DNA from: Podarcis gaigeae | Taxonomy: Eukaryota | Strand: one strand, 5' to 3' | Length of the DNA: 64,000 bases | NCBI GenBank assembly: GCA_964106915.2 | Contig: OZ066916.1 | Shown here: positions 43,282 through 58,041 of the stretch, in pieces | How positions within the stretch are numbered: the first letter of the stretch is position 1 | Layout: every line of letters starts with the position of its first letter | The notes under the pieces: model-generated | Told to the model about the DNA's origin: nothing | The model's input: the letters and a program-made list of their open reading frames with translations, nothing else | Database searches by the model: none | Program-made: the position numbers and the translations under genes

Positions 43282-46200
43282 ATAGAATCATAGAATCATA
43301 GAGTTGGAAGAGACCACAAGGGCCATCGAGTCCAACCCCCTGCCAAGCAGGAAACACCATCAGAGCACTCCTGACATATGGTTGTCAAGCCTCTGCTTAA
43401 AGATCTCCAAAGAAGGAGACTCCACCACACTCCTTGGCAGCAAATCCCACTGTCGAACAGCTCTTACTGTCAGGAAGTTCTTCCTAATGTTTAGGTGGAA
43501 TCTTCTTTCTTATAGTTTGGATCCATTGCTCCGTGTCCGCTTCTCTGGAGCAGCAGAAAACAACCTTTCTCCCTCCTCTATGTGACATCCTTTTATATAT
43601 TTGAACATGGCTATCATATCACCCCTTAACCTCCTCTTCTCCAGGCTAAACATGCCCAGCTCCCTTAGCCGTTCCTCATAAGGCATCATTTCCAGGCCTT
43701 TGACCATTTTGGTTGCCCTCCTCTGGACACATTCCAGTTTGTCAGTGTCCTTCTTGAACTGTGGTGCCCAGAACTGGACACAGTACTCCAGGTGAGGTCT
43801 GACCAGAGCAGAATACAGTGGCACTATTACTTCCCTTGATCTAGATGCTATACTCCTATTGATGCACCCCAGAATTGCATTGGCTTTTGTAGCTGCCGCA
43901 TCACACTGTTGGCTCATGTCAAGTTTGTGGTCAACCAAGACTCCTAGATCCTTTTCACATGTACTGCTCTCAAGCCAGGTGTCACCCATCTTGTATTTGT
44001 GCCTCTCATTTTTTTTTTTTGCCCAAGTGCAATACTTTATATTTCTCCCTGTTAAAATTCATCTTGTTTGTTTTGGCCCAGTTCTCTAATCTGTCAAGGT
44101 CGTTTTGATGTGTGATCCTGTCCTCTGGGGTGTTAGCCACCCCTCCCAGTTTGGTGTCATCTGCAAATTTGATCAGGATGCCCTTGAGTCCATCATCCAA
44201 GTCGTTGATAAAGATGTTGAATAAGACCGGGCCCAAGACAGAACCCTGTGGCACCCCACTAGTCACTCTTCTCCAGGATGAAGAGGAACCATTGATGAGC
44301 ACCCTTTGGGTTCGGTCAGTCAGCCAGTTACAAATCCACTGAGTGGTAGCATAGTCAAGACCGCATTTTACCAGCTTCTTTACAAGAATATCATGGGGTA
44401 CCTTGTCAAATGCCTTGCTGGAATCAAGGTAGGCTACATCCACTGCATTCCCTTCATCTACCAGGCTTGTAATTCTGTCAAAAAACGAGATCAGGTTAGT
44501 CTGACATGACTTATTTTTCAGAAATCCATGCTGACTATTGGTGATCACAGCATTCCTTTCTAGGTGCTCACAGACTGTTTGCTTAATGATCTGCTCCAGA
44601 ATCTTCCCTGGTATTGATGTCAGACTGACTGGGCGGTAATTATTTGGGTCCTCTCTTTTCCCCTTTTTGAAAATAGGGACAACATTTGCCCTCCTCCAGT
44701 CTGCCGGGACTTCGCCTGTTCTCCAGGAATTCTCAAAGATGACTGCCAGTGGTTCTGAGATCACATCTGCCAGTTCTTTTAATACTCTTGGATGCAGTTC
44801 ATCTGGCCCTGGAGACTTGAATACATCTGGACTAGCCAAGTATTCTTGTACTATCTCCTTAGTTATTCTGGGCTGTGTTTCCTCTGCTGAATCATTTGCT
44901 CCAAATTCTTCAGGTCGGGCATTGTTTTCTTTATCGGAGAAGACTGAGGCAAAGAAGGCATTGAGGAGTTCAGCCCTTTCTGTGTCCCCTGTTTGCATTT
45001 CACCATCTTCTCCTCTGAGTGACCCCACTGTTTCTGTGTTCTTCCTTTTGCTACGAACATACCCATGAAAGCCTTTTTTGTTGCTTTTAACCTCTCTAGA
45101 AAGCCTGAGTTCATTCTGTGCTTTAGCTTTTCTAACTTTGTGTCTACACCTGCTGGCTATTTGTTTGAATTCCTCTTTGGTGGTTTCCCCCCTTTTCCAT
45201 TTTTTGTACACATCCTTTTTTAATCTTAACTCAGTTAAAAGTTCTTTAGATAGCCACTCTGGCTTCTTTAGGCACCTTCCATGTTTCCGTCTCATTGGTA
45301 TTGCCTGAAATTGTGCTTTTACTATCTCCCTCTTAACAAACTCCCAGCCATCATGAACTCCCTTTCCTTTTAGTATTACTGTCCATGGGATCTCACCCAG
45401 CACTTCCCTAAGTTTTATGAAGTCGGCTTTCTTAAAGTCAATAAACTGAGTCCTAGTATGCTTGGCTGCTCCTTTCCGCTGTATAGTAAACTTCATAAGA
45501 GCATGATCACTCGTGCCTAATGATCCTTCCACTTCTACCCCACTAACCAGGTCATCAACATTGGTTAGGACCAGATCTAAAATGGCTGTTCCTCTTGTTG
45601 CTTCTCCCACTTTCTGGACAATGAAGTTATCTGCAAGGCCAGTGAGGAATCTGTTTGACCTTATGCTCTTGGCTGAGTTTGACATCCAACAAATATCCGG
45701 GTAATTGAAGTCCCCCATTACTACTATCTTCCTTCCTTTTGCATGCTTGGCCATCTGTTCCAGGAAGGCATCATCTATGTCCTCCGTTTGGCTTGGGGAT
45801 CTATAGTAAACTCCCACAATGAGGTCCCTGTTATTCATCTCTCCCTTAATTTTGACCCAAATGCTCTCACTTTGGCTTCGAGGTTCTAAATCTTGGATCT
45901 CTTCACAGGTATACACATCCCTGACGTATAACGCCACTCCTCCTCCTTTCTTGTCTGGTCTGTTTCTCTGAAATAGATTGTATCCCTCCATTTTTACATT
46001 CCAATCTTGGGACTTATCCCACCAGGTTTCAGTGATGCCTATTATGTCATATTTAGTTTGCTGTACCAAGAGCTCAAGCTCATCTTGTTTATTTCCCATG
46101 CTTTGCGCATTAGTGTACAGACATTGAAGTCCATTAATCATTCCCCCGTGTCTCTTATTTAAGGATTTTTTCCTCCCACCACTAGGTCTGCGTGCTGTTT

Positions 46201-46594
46201 GCTCCATTTGGTCTATGACATTTGGATGATCATCTTCATCAATTGATAGACTCCTACCTTCAGGAGCACTGTCTCCCTCCCCCACATTAGTCAGTTTAAA
46301 GCCCTCCTGATGAGGTTTCTGAGATTTTTGGCAAAAAACATTCCTCCCAACCATTGTGAGGTGCAGCCCATCGCTTGCCAGAAGTCCATCTTCAAGAAAC
46401 TGCAGTCCGTGATCTAAGAATCCAAACCGTTCCTGTTTACACCATTTGCGAAGCCAGTTGTTCACTTCCACTATTTTCCCCTCTCTCCCTGGGCCACGTC
46501 GTTCAACTGGGAGGACAGATGAGATGACAATTTGTGCATTTAATTGCTTCAATTTCCTGCCCAGAGCCTCATAATCTCTTTTGATCTTCTGGAG
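43282..46594 (-). mobile_element. Young CR1 LINE, 5'-truncated within ORF1 (esterase end plus ORF2 APE endonuclease and reverse transcriptase)
   Basis: ORF1 remnant with DGLHL; ORF2 motifs YTNAQSM, GITETWW, MGDFN, SDH, SGVPQGSVLGP, KFADDTKL; (ATTCTATG)n 3' tail at 43282-43302. Only two frame breaks, both in homopolymers. Confidence 0.97.
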
Positions 46595-48454
46595 ATAGGA
46601 TTCTGGAAATTTATAAATCACTAGTGCTAATTGCAGTTGTTCTGAGGGTCTCCAGTGGTGATTAGCTAAGATTCTGGGATATCATGGAATGTTCACAAGC
46701 ATTAGCTTAAAAATAATTGCAATTAAAATGTTTCGTACTCCAAAGTGACCACAAAAATGTGTACTATGAAGGCTCCTTAACTGCACTCTCAGAAAAGTGT
46801 CTCCATTCGTTTTTATGTTAGCTATCTTTCATTTTTCTTTGCAATAAAAGTCAACATGTCATGATAGAGGACATATAAAGGAAAGAATAACAAAGTATTA
46901 GAAATAGCACAATCTAAATTCTGAATCTGAAATTACATAATATGTAGATTTTGATCACTCATTCTGTTTCTGCTTCTATCGGCATATTAAGCACAAAACA
47001 AAAATATTTCCTTCCTGGCTGGATTACGAATCCTTCGCTCTCCTATCTCAGGCCAAAAGCAGTAACTAATTTAAACAACCTACTGTATTTTCTTGCTCTT
47101 GCAAAGTATATAGCTGGCAACATGTCATTGCTTTTTCCACAGGAAAACAGGAAGAAGAATTATGTCTTATTGCTACATTTTAGTCAACACACTCAATTCA
47201 GAATATGAACACAAGGTTTGGTAGAGCAAATCCAGGCATCCTTTTAGAAAGTGGGCCCTGGATTTTGTTGGGTTGTATTTTATTTCCTTCAGATTTCTTT
47301 CCATGTGCCCAGAAGACAGAATACATTCACACCCAGCCATGATAAATATAAACCAGCTCCTGTTTTATGCCACCAAAACTAAATCTAACAGGATCTAGGT
47401 AACCTAGATTCACTAAACTCCGCATCCTGCCCTTGCCAGCAAGCCAACTCAAATCTAATCTCATGCAGCCAACAAAGATGTTAATCTGCGTCACTAAAAG
47501 CACCAAGATTAACTGAGTGCAGGATTAATGCTGAGCTGTTTTTAGAGGCTAAGGCCATGGAATTTTGAACTTGCTGTGAAAATTATTGGAGGCTAGATCA
47601 CTAACATGAGGACTTATCACCCTTTGTTGATGTTTGTGCAATGACTTAACAATTAGCAAACCTATTCATCCTCACAGGTCTTCTAAAATTAGTCCCTGGA
47701 ACTGAATGCCTTGCTGAGTTTATGCTGCTGTGCTGGGTTTTAAGTGGCTAACTGAATGGACAGTAATGTTTTATCATTTAATGAAGAGATGTAGAAACTT
47801 TTTCAGCCAAAGGGCAACTTGTGGGGGATCCTCATGCCAGTGGTGGGCATGCCAGAGGCAAATATAATTGGAGCGACAGACGTGGTGTCTAGCTTTGCAC
47901 TGTAGGCCGCATCCCACCCACACAAAAGCCAGAGGTTTCTACACACAGAGAGACACCGTCTCTCCATCGGCCATGTGAGCAAGCAAGAGGCATTATTACA
48001 GTCCAAGGAGACCTTCCAGACAGACAATGCACGTGAGGAGGGGGCATGGCTGTATCCAGGGTAATGGGGTGTGGCCTAGGGAGAGTCCCAAGGGCCACAC
48101 TGAGAGCCCTGGGGGCTGCATTTGCCCCCTGGGCCTGAGGTTCCCCATCTCTGTTTTATTCTTTGTTGATGGACATTGAATAGTGTTTAACGTAAGTACA
48201 TTTCCACAGCAGACTCCCATGACTGCCCATCTGGAATGCATAATTTTTTAAGAAATTAAAGTTATCTGAGGCAGTAAGCTATATGAACTAGTTTCTTTTG
48301 AAAGGCAAGCTTGCTGGCAGATTAAGTCAGATTACGAATTCTGAACAGTGATTCTATCTCACAATGAGCAGCTGATATTTCTTCCTTCTCCTCCTGGTCC
48401 AAGGGCTTGAAAGAAAGGGGGGGTTAAAAAGCTGGAACTAAGTGGTTTAGACCA

Positions 48455-48800
48455 GGGACACAAGTGGCGCTGTGGTCTAAACCACAGAGCCTAGGTCTTG
48501 CTGATTAGAAGGTCGTCGGTTCAAATCCCCTCGACGGGGTGAGCTCCCGTTGCTCGGTCCCTGCTCCTGCCAACCTAGCAGTTCGAAACCACGTCAAAGT
48601 GCAAGTAGATAAATAGGTACTGCTCTGGCGGGAAGGTAACTGGCATTTCCGTGCGCTGCTCTGGTTCGCCAGAAGCGGCTTAGTCATGCTGGCAACATGA
48701 CCTGGAAGCGCTACGCCGGCTCCCTCGGCCAATAAAGTGAGATAAACCCCCGAGTCGGCCACGACTGGACCTAACAGTCAGGGGTCCCTTTACCTTTTCC
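48455..48800 (+). mobile_element. Sauria SINE
   Basis: Head GGGACACAAGTGGCGCTGTGGTCTAAACCAC; tail GGGGTCCCTTTACCTTT. Confidence 0.92.
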
Positions 48801-49267
48801 TTAAGACTGTTTCATAACTCATATGGGTCTTATCTCAGATGCTTGGCTTGTGCTGAGGAACTGACCTTTTAAAACTCTTAACACTGAACGTAAAAGCACC
48901 ATTCATAGGAAGAGCTTGTGGAATATGGGCTATGTAGACTGAGTTCCTCAGGAAGGGAAATGATTCTGAGAGAGACTATTACTGTCACTATTCTTTATTT
49001 CTGTATCTTTATACAGTCAAATAAAAAAACCAGAGAATTTTAACACCGAAGATATGTGAGATGTTCTTGTTGATGCCTGATTGTTGTTAAATTTTGAAAT
49101 CAAACTTCATGTTTAAAGATAGTAATAAAAATATTGTCTTTGCGGAACAGGAACCCTGTGGCTGAACTTTATTAAATATTTTCTTTGGTTACAAAACAAC
49201 ATGCTTTGTCTCTTTTTCAAGTCATAGAATCTTCTGCATGTCTTCTATGTGAGACATTCATGTTGTA

Positions 49268-49501
49268 CAGTCAAACCTCGGTTGTCGAATGTAATCTGTT
49301 CTGGAAACCCGTTCAGCTTCCAAAATGTTCAGCAAACTGAGGCGCGGTTTCCAGTTGGCTGCAGGAGCCTCCTGCACTCAAGCGGAAGCCGCGTTGGATA
49401 TTTGGCTTCCAGAAAACATTTGAAAAACGGAACACTTACTTTTGGGGTTTGGGAGCCAAAACATTCCAAAACAGAGATGTTTGGGAACCGGAGTTTGACT
49501 G
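49268..49501. mobile_element. Tc1/mariner MITE (second family)
   Basis: TA|CAGTCAAAC ... GTTTGACTG|TA. Confidence 0.8.
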
Positions 49502-52500
49502 TATACAGCATAAGGTAGGGGGAGAGGGGGTTGGGTTGGTAAAACTTACATTATTTTACTCAGTGTCTGTGTGGGGTTTGTGTGTCAGCGTCCCTTGGGT
49601 AGGTTCTCTTTCTATTCCTTTATTATTTCTCCTTGGCGGGGGGTGGCAGGGGCATGCTTGGTTGTCTGAGGATGATTCAGCAGCAGGCTGCAGGTAGCTC
49701 CGGAAGCATCAAGGTCCATGATATGAACTGATGTAAGATATTCAAAGCTGAAAATGATAACAGGTGAAGATGGATGGCTTAGTACATTTCCATGCCATGT
49801 CATTGTCATATTTCTTTCCATCCTGTTTCTGTGATTTACAAAAAGATGTCTGTATGGAGAAAAAAATAACAAAATACATACCTGAATGCATATTTTGCCT
49901 CAACACATTTTTAAATACATCTTATTCTAAAATATGCATTTCAGTGCACTATGTTTTTGTTTTTTTAACCAAGAACTGCATTGAAAATTTTGACAACTGT
50001 GAAATCCAAAGGATAATTAAGTATTCACTTAAAAGCCAGATCGACTTTCCCACTCTCTCTCCCCACCTGTCTTCTCCCCCAACTTTAAAGTGTACAACAC
50101 TGAAATCTCACATCAAATACAGCTGATCTGTATAAAGGACTTTGTAATCTGAATGTGGAGACGTTGTATGTACTTCTGTAACCCAAGAAAACCTTTAATA
50201 AAAACAATTTTTAAAAAAATCAAATCAACTTAAATCTGTATTAAGTGGGTTTGCTTGAAAATCAATCACTTAAACATCAGATCAAGTGGAATTCACAGTA
50301 GTTCATGATCTCAATCCGGAAACTAAGAGAACACCAAAGGCTTAAAGGCCTGGAATCCCAGCCAAAATCCAGGATCAGAAATCAAGGCCAAGTAGAAAGA
50401 ATGAAAGACTCAGATTAGGCAGTTTATCCCATGAGGGCAAAAGAACAATAAGGCTTAAAGAATATGCAGCAAGGCAAAGTCATCAAGGAGACACGCTGAA
50501 GCACAGATTCCTTATGTGGGTAGACCATGGTTTCCACAAGTGCTTCAGTCCTAAAATAATTTAAGGAGGTTGACGCAAGGAAAGTTCCCCATCCTTTCCT
50601 GTCTATGTCAAGCACTTGCTTCCCTTGAGAAGTCCATCTAGAGTATTGCGGCACCTGACTGAACAGTGTGGGATTGGGCACAGGGAGTTGCTGAGGGAGT
50701 GAAGAACCATCCACAGCCAGTCTTGGGCCCTAAAGTAAATTAACTAAGGAAGTTAGCAGAAGAAGAGGCAATGCCATCCCTTCCTCCCCACTGCAGCCCT
50801 CTGCACCCCACAGATTAACAGTAATAGGTGCAGCAGGTAACTAAGGAAAACTGGCTAGATATCAATCAAATACCATTAAACACACAAGAAAAGGATTTAG
50901 TTAACCTGCTGTCTCACAGACAGTAAACAAGGTGCCAGGAGAACATGCCAAGGGTTGGAGTTCCACAGTTGGTGGGCCACCACTGAGGTGGTCTGCTCTC
51001 TTTAGCAGAAAACCCAGCATGGCAAGTGATACCCACAAACAGCTGACTCCATGCAGCTGGAATTTAAGTTCATTTGGTTGGATGAATCACAGACAAGCAT
51101 GGAAAATTGATAGATTAAGGAGGAGCATTTTGCTTCCATGATGGAGCAGCTTTATGATTCTACAAAAATCAGCAGAAATGGTTTTTCCCAAATGGGATTT
51201 CCTGGGGTGGGTGGGTGTGTTACTACCCTATAAAAGACATAATCAGCTGCACAAAAAGGAATAGGAATGGGCTCTGGCAAAATCTATTTGCAGCAAGAAC
51301 ATAATGTTCCTTTCAATATTTTTATAGGAACAAAAATGCAGAATGCCACTAGGGAAATGACAAATAAAATGCTTAAAAACAGGATTTTGGAATAAAACAT
51401 AAAAACACAGATGTTGACAATAATTCAGGTCGTCCTTTTTTATCTTTTCCTATAAAAGTCAGCTGGTCAAAAGTGATCGGATCCTAGTTCCTTTCACAGC
51501 AGCATTTAACTTTGACAACCATAAAAGAAGAGACATTCTGCACACTGTGTGCTCCTGGCTACTATCCCTGCTTGCGACAGGATTTCAGAAGCTGTGGGCT
51601 GAATAAGCTGTTGCTTCCCAGTTGCTCCAGCCAATCAGAGGCTCCAATAAATACAGTGTGCTGAACGAGCTATTTAATAACAAATAACTATCTAAGGAAT
51701 GGGTTTCCATCACTGCATACATTCTTCTATGTGCAAAATTCTAAGAAGCACATCTTCTAGAGTTCAAATGCAAAGTCAATCTGGAAAATAATTCAATCAA
51801 TGCAGAAAGATATTTCTGAAAGATATTAGGCGTTAAAGAAATAGTGTAAGTAACATTTAAAGCTCTGGTAAATGTTGGAATATATGTTTTTTTGGTAGAA
51901 AAAATCCTAGGAGAGGAGTGGGGATATTGTTCAATGAAGTTTCATTTGCGATAGGAAATCATATTTATTTTCATTTTCCACATTTACTGACTTCCTCAGC
52001 GTGTTTTTGTGAAAAACAACAACAAACCCTTTCATATATGCTGCAGCCAAGTTTGGGCAGGTCAGGGATCCCCATCCCAGATTCACGGTTGTAGATTCAT
52101 GCAGAATATCTTTGCTGGAGTGACATGAATGACAGCAAATTAGAGTCTTTGACTTGGAGTGAAGGGGACCGAACATAAAAGGGCATTTCACATTAAGGAA
52201 CGATTTAACAAAACCACACTGTTGTTGCATTGAGGCGGAAAACCAGCCCTCCTCTCCATTTTCCTATGTTGTTAAATCCAGGAACAAAGCACAGAGACAC
52301 CATTCATTGATGTGTAAACAACAGGCATTTATTCTTTCAGGCCAGATCAGTTCACAAACGGCTCCATCAATTTGTTGCAGATAAATTAAGCTTTGTTCAG
52401 TATTCATTTTTTTAAATGATTTTCAGAGGAAATTTAAGTTCTTTAAGAATTTCTGGAGCAATTTAATTTATTTCATTAAAATATCTCACTTCCACAGGAG

Positions 52501-52816
52501 AGTCTACAAGATGTTTGTGTGTGTTTATTTACATGTATTCATTCACAAATTTATTCCATCTCATTTCTGTATCAATCTGAAACCAAAAAAGCATGAAAAT
52601 TCACAATTTATGTACACATTTTGTTCTGAAATATTCATTGTTGCAGTGACAGCTTATAAAAAACTGAGATAAGTGCAAAAATGGGGCTGGGTGGAATCCA
52701 AAATTAATATGAATCAGGTCAAGTGGCTGAATAATTGTAGATCAAATGAAATCTTTGGGTATCCCAAATATACATACATATACAATAGCCATACTTATGC
52801 ATATGTGTGTGCGTAT

Positions 52817-55575
52817 CTCCTTCATGGATCACTGCCTTGTCGTTGCGAAGGGGCTTGAATAACTCAGAGAAGCTATGAGCTATGCCATGCAGGGCCACCC
52901 AAGATGGGCATGTCATAGTGGAGAGTTTTGACTAAATGTGATCCACCTGGAGCAGGAACTGGCAAGCCACTCCAGTATCCCTGCCAAGAAAACTCCATGG
53001 ACAAAGACAAGAGGCATATAAAAGTTATGACGCTGGAAGATAAGCCCCTCAGGTTGGAAGGTGTCCAACATGTTACTGGGGAAGAGCGGAGGGCAAGTAC
53101 AAGTAGATCCAGAGCTGATGAAGCGGCTGGGCCAAAGCCGAAAGGTCGCTCAGTTGCGGATATGCCTGGAAGCGAGAGGAAAGTCCAATGCTGTAAAGAA
53201 AAATATTGCATAGGAACCAGGAATGTAAGAACCACGAACCTTGGTGAACTGGATTTGATCAAAAATGAGGTGGCAAGAATAAATATTGACATCCCAGGCA
53301 TCAGTGAACTAAAATGGATGGGAATGGGCGAATTCAGTTTGGATGACCATCATATCTAGTACTGTGGGCAAGAATCCCGTAAAAGAAATGGAGTGGCCCT
53401 CATAGTCAACAAAAGAGTGGCAAAAGCTGTACTGGAATACAATCTCAAAAATGATAGAATGAACTCGATACGAATCCAAGGCAGACCTTTTAACATCACA
53501 GTAATCCAAATTTATGCACCAACTACCAGTGCTGAAGAAACTGAAATTGACCACCAAATGACACCAAAGAAGGATGTTCTTCTCATTATAGGGGATTGGA
53601 ATGCTAAAGTAGGGAATCAAGAGATAAAAGGAACAACTGGCAAGTTTGGCCTTGGAGTTCAAAATGAAGCAGGGCAAAGGGTAATAGAGTTCTGCCAAGA
53701 GAAAAAGCTGGTCATCACAAACACTCTTTTCCAACAACACAAGAGACAACTCTACACATGGACATCACCAGATGGGCAGCATCGAAATCAGATTGATTAT
53801 ATTCTCTGCAGCCAAAGATGGAGAAGCTCTATACAGTCAGTAAAAACAAGACCTGGAACTGACTGTGGCTCAGATCATCAGCTTCTTATAGCAAAATTCA
53901 AGCTTAAACTGAATAAAGTAGGAAAAACCGCTGGGCCAGTAAGACACAATCTAAATCAAATCCCTTATGAATACACAGTGGAAGTGAGGAACAGTTTTTA
54001 GGATTTAGATTTAGTGGACAGAGTGCCTGAAGAAATATGGATGGAGGCTTGTAACATTATACAGGAGGCAGCAATGAAAACCATCCCAGTTAAAAGGAAA
54101 TGCAAGAAAGCAAAGTGGCTGTCCAACGAGGCCTTACAAATAGCAGGGGAGAGAAGGCAAGCAAAATGCGAGGGAGATGGTGAAAGATACAGGAAATTGA
54201 ATGCAGATTTCCAAAGAATAGCAAGGAGAGAGAAGAGCAATGCAAAGAAATAGAGCAATGCAAAGAAATAGAGGAAAGCAATAGAATGGGAAAAACCAGA
54301 GATCTGTTCAAGAAAATTGGAGATATGAAAGGAACATTTTGTGCAAAGATTACCATAATAAAGCACAAAAGTAGTAAGGACCTAACAGAAGCAGAAGACA
54401 TCAAAAAGATGTGACAAGAATACACAGAGGAATTATACCAGAAAGATAGGGAGGTAGTATGGTTGCTGACCTTGAGCCAGACATCCTGGAGAGTGAAGTC
54501 AAAAGGGCCTTAGAAAGCACTGCTAATAACAAGGCCAGTGGAAGTGATGGTATTCCAGCTGAACTATTTTAAATTTTAAAAGATGATGCTGTTAAGCTGC
54601 TACACTCAATATGCCAGCAAGTTTGGAAAACTCAGCAGTGGCCAGAGGATTGGAGAAGATCAGTCTACATCCCAATCCCAAAGAAGGGAAGTGCCAAAGA
54701 ATGCTCCAACTACCGCACAATTGCACTCATTTCACACGCTTGCAAGGTTATGCTTAAAATTCTACAAGGCAGGCTCAAGCAGTATGTGGACCGAGAACTC
54801 CCAGAAGCTGGATTTCGAAGGGGCAGAGGAACCAGAGACCAAATTGCAAACATGCCCTGGATTATGGAAAAAGCTAGAGAGTTCCAGAAAGACATCTACT
54901 TCTGCTTCATTGACTATGCAAAAACCTTTGATTGTGTCGACCACAGCAAACTATGGCAAGTTCTTAAAGAAATGGGAGTGCCTGATCACTTCATCTGTCT
55001 CCTGAGAAATCTCTATGTGGGACAAGAAGCTACAGTTAGAACTGGATATGGAACAACTGATTGGTTGAAAATTGGGAAAGGAGTATGACAAGGCTTTATA
55101 TTGTCTCCCTGCTTATTTAACTTATATGCAGAATTATTCATCATGTGAAAGGCTGGACTGGATGAATCCCAAACTGGAATTAAGCGAGGAGGAATTAAAG
55201 AACCTTTTAATGAGGGTGAAAGAGGAGAGCGCAAAATATGGTTTGAAGCTCAACATTTAAAAAAAACAAAGATCAGGGCCACTGGGCCCATCACCTCCTG
55301 GCAAATAGAAGGGGACGAAATGGAGGCAGTGAGAGATTTTACTTTCTTGGGCTCCATGATCACTGCAGAAGGTGACAGCAGTCACGAAATTAAAAGATGC
55401 CTGGGAAAGCAATGACAAACCTAGACAGCATCTTAAAAAGCAGAGACATCACCTTGCCAACAAAGGTCTTGTATAGTTCAAGCTATGGTTTTCCCAGTAG
55501 TGATGTATGGAAGTGAGAGCTGGACCATAAAGAAGGCTGATGGGTCATGAAGAGTCGGACACGACTAAACAACAA
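52817..55575 (+). mobile_element. RTE-BovB LINE, near full length but decayed
   Basis: BovB-type 5' end (TTCATGGATCACTGCCTTGTCG); ORF pieces GISELKW, QIYAPT, GDWNAKVG, DCGSDH, GFRRGRGTRDQIAN, CFIDYAK; 3' end GAGTCGGACACGACTAAACAACAA. Many stops, frameshifts and internal deletions. Confidence 0.95.
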
Positions 55576-58041
55576 ATGTGTGTCTGTGTGCATAGTTATT
55601 ATATTATTGAATGTAAGCATCATATATATTTTAATTTAAGCTATTTTAATATGTTCATACATTACAAACAGGTTAAATGCAATTGTAATTTTTTTTAATC
55701 CTGAAATGATAAATGTGTTAAGCCCAACAGGAGGCCAAATGTTTTAAAATAACTCTTTTTATCCCAAGGTTTTAAATTATATTTCCACATTAAAAAATGA
55801 AAAAGCTGATAGAGACTTGATAGAGGTTTATAAAATTATGTATGGTGTGCAGAAAGTGGAAAGAGAGAATTTCTCTTAGCACGAGTACACAGATCAGCTG
55901 GTGAGACATTCAAAACAAATAAAAGGAAGAACTTAACAAAACACAGGTTTAATCCAGCCCCTGTGGCAGTTTATTTCCTGGGATAAAATCCCAATAAAAC
56001 CTCAATAACTTCAATCCTAAAAAAGCTCAACAAAACAACTTGGGGTAAAACCATAAAAGAAGCTCAACAACTTCAATCCTTAAAAAAGGTTAACGACTTT
56101 GGTTGTCCCTCACGGCCCTTCACTTCATCAAACCTGGCCCTCTTTGAAAAAAGTTTGGACACCACTAGGAGTTCACTGCTCAAAAGGATATAGTGACTGC
56201 CATTAACTCAGATGGTTTTAAAAGTGGATTCGATAATTGCCAGCTATGGGGGGGGGGGGGACCAACAACAGGAAACAGCTATTGCATTCATGTTGGAACT
56301 AGATTGGTCTTTGGTCTCATCCACAGTGCTCTACTTACATGATCCCAGAAAAATCTGTGTTGGCTCCAGCGGCAGCATGTCCTGTTTCGCCACCTGAAGC
56401 AAAACAAGAATTGCCACAGCCTCCCCACTGCCCCACCCACCCACTGCCACCATCGCCAGCTCACCCTGCCCCCCACTTCTTCCGCCACTGGAATGCTCTG
56501 GCTCCCACTGAACTTGGCAGGAGCCGGGCATTCTGTGTATGCCGTTGCCATTCATCTTCTCTGCCACAGGAGCAGGGAAGACGGGTGGCTATTCCGCACA
56601 CCAATACGACTCCCTCTTGGCAGTGAGGGGAGGGCTTTCTGGCAGCAGTGGAAGCAGTGTGGTGGGTGGAATGCCACCTCTTGCACTTCCGTCACCTGAG
56701 GTAGATGCCTCACCCTGCCTCATGGGTAGGGCAGCTCTGGTTCGCTCATTCACACATGCAATTCTCTCCTTGAGAAATGTAAACGACTGAATAGCACACA
56801 TATGTAAATCAGTCCTAATGAACTGCCTTCTTGCAAAAATGTTAATGTTTCCAACATTGCCAGGGGATCTGTTTTCTGCTGAGATAACACTCTTCAATGT
56901 GTTTTGAGTCCTTGGTTTGCTACCACATTGAAGGGGTGAATCACAGGGTTGAAGTGAAAGGGAAGAATGTCAACAACCTTGACAAAATGAGAGGACTCAC
57001 TTCACTTTCATCGCATGATAAGTGATCATGTGAACAATAGATTAGGTTGCAGGTCTAGGCATCTTGCTCCCCCGTCCCCAACATGCAGACAGATAAAGGA
57101 CAAAATAGACTGGTTTGGATCAAAACAGGCCACAACTTTATTGAATACAGATGAAAGAGGTTTGACTTGGGCATGGGGCAATCTAAATACTTTGGCCCGC
57201 CCACCAGAAGTGACACGTGAGTCAATCCAGGCAGGGGGTTCCTAAGACTTACATCAAATAGGGACTGCCATTTGGGGGAGTGCCTTTGGCCCTGGCCCCC
57301 CCTGGGCATGTGGACATGACCACTCCCCCCGATCCCGATACCCCAGTGTTTGGAGGGGCAGGCAGAGACTACAACCTCCCCTCCATCCAAGACAAAGGAT
57401 TGCCCCAATGCCCAATCAGTTGTGACCATTGCTATGAGGTAGACAAAACCATCAGCTTGAGCCAATTAGCCCAGTGGACAAATTCCTACCCAGCCCCATG
57501 AAACAGTGACCATTGTAGCCACAGCAAAGTCCTTAACCATCAGCTTGAACCAAGAGAGGGAGAGTGGAAAACCTGACGAGGGAAAAGTAGGTAGAGCCTC
57601 AGGTGAGGTCTGCTTAAAAGGCCAGGAAGTGGACCCAAGGGAAGCCTTCCTGCTCTGTCAGCTCCACCCCATGGCCCAGCCCGTGCCCTAGCCTGCATCC
57701 CCATGCCTCTGCACAGAACATGCTGGGGCTCAAGAGTGGGAGTGGACTATTGCAACCACAAACTGGGGTCACCTGTGTGGAAGCACTTGGTTCACACCCC
57801 CTCAAAAATTGTGTGCCTGGGGCTCCAGCCCCCCGGCACCCCCACGCTACACCCCTGCCCAGCCAGCATAGCTCAGAAGCATGGAAGGTTGGAGCTTTAG
57901 TCATTTGGAGTACCACAGCTTAGCCCTCCATTATGTGAAGAATCATGGCCTTTGTGTGTTAAAATGTCCTTGCTGAAGTCTTGGAGAATTACTATAGCAG
58001 GGCACTTCTAACCAGAGACTCCTGCCTGCTTCCTCTTCCAG

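Noticed and set aside
44006-46621. 871-aa ORF as a novel esterase-endonuclease-RT fusion protein
   Set aside because: It is a CR1 copy with a 1-nt indel joining ORF1 to ORF2; the start codon comes from flanking DNA.
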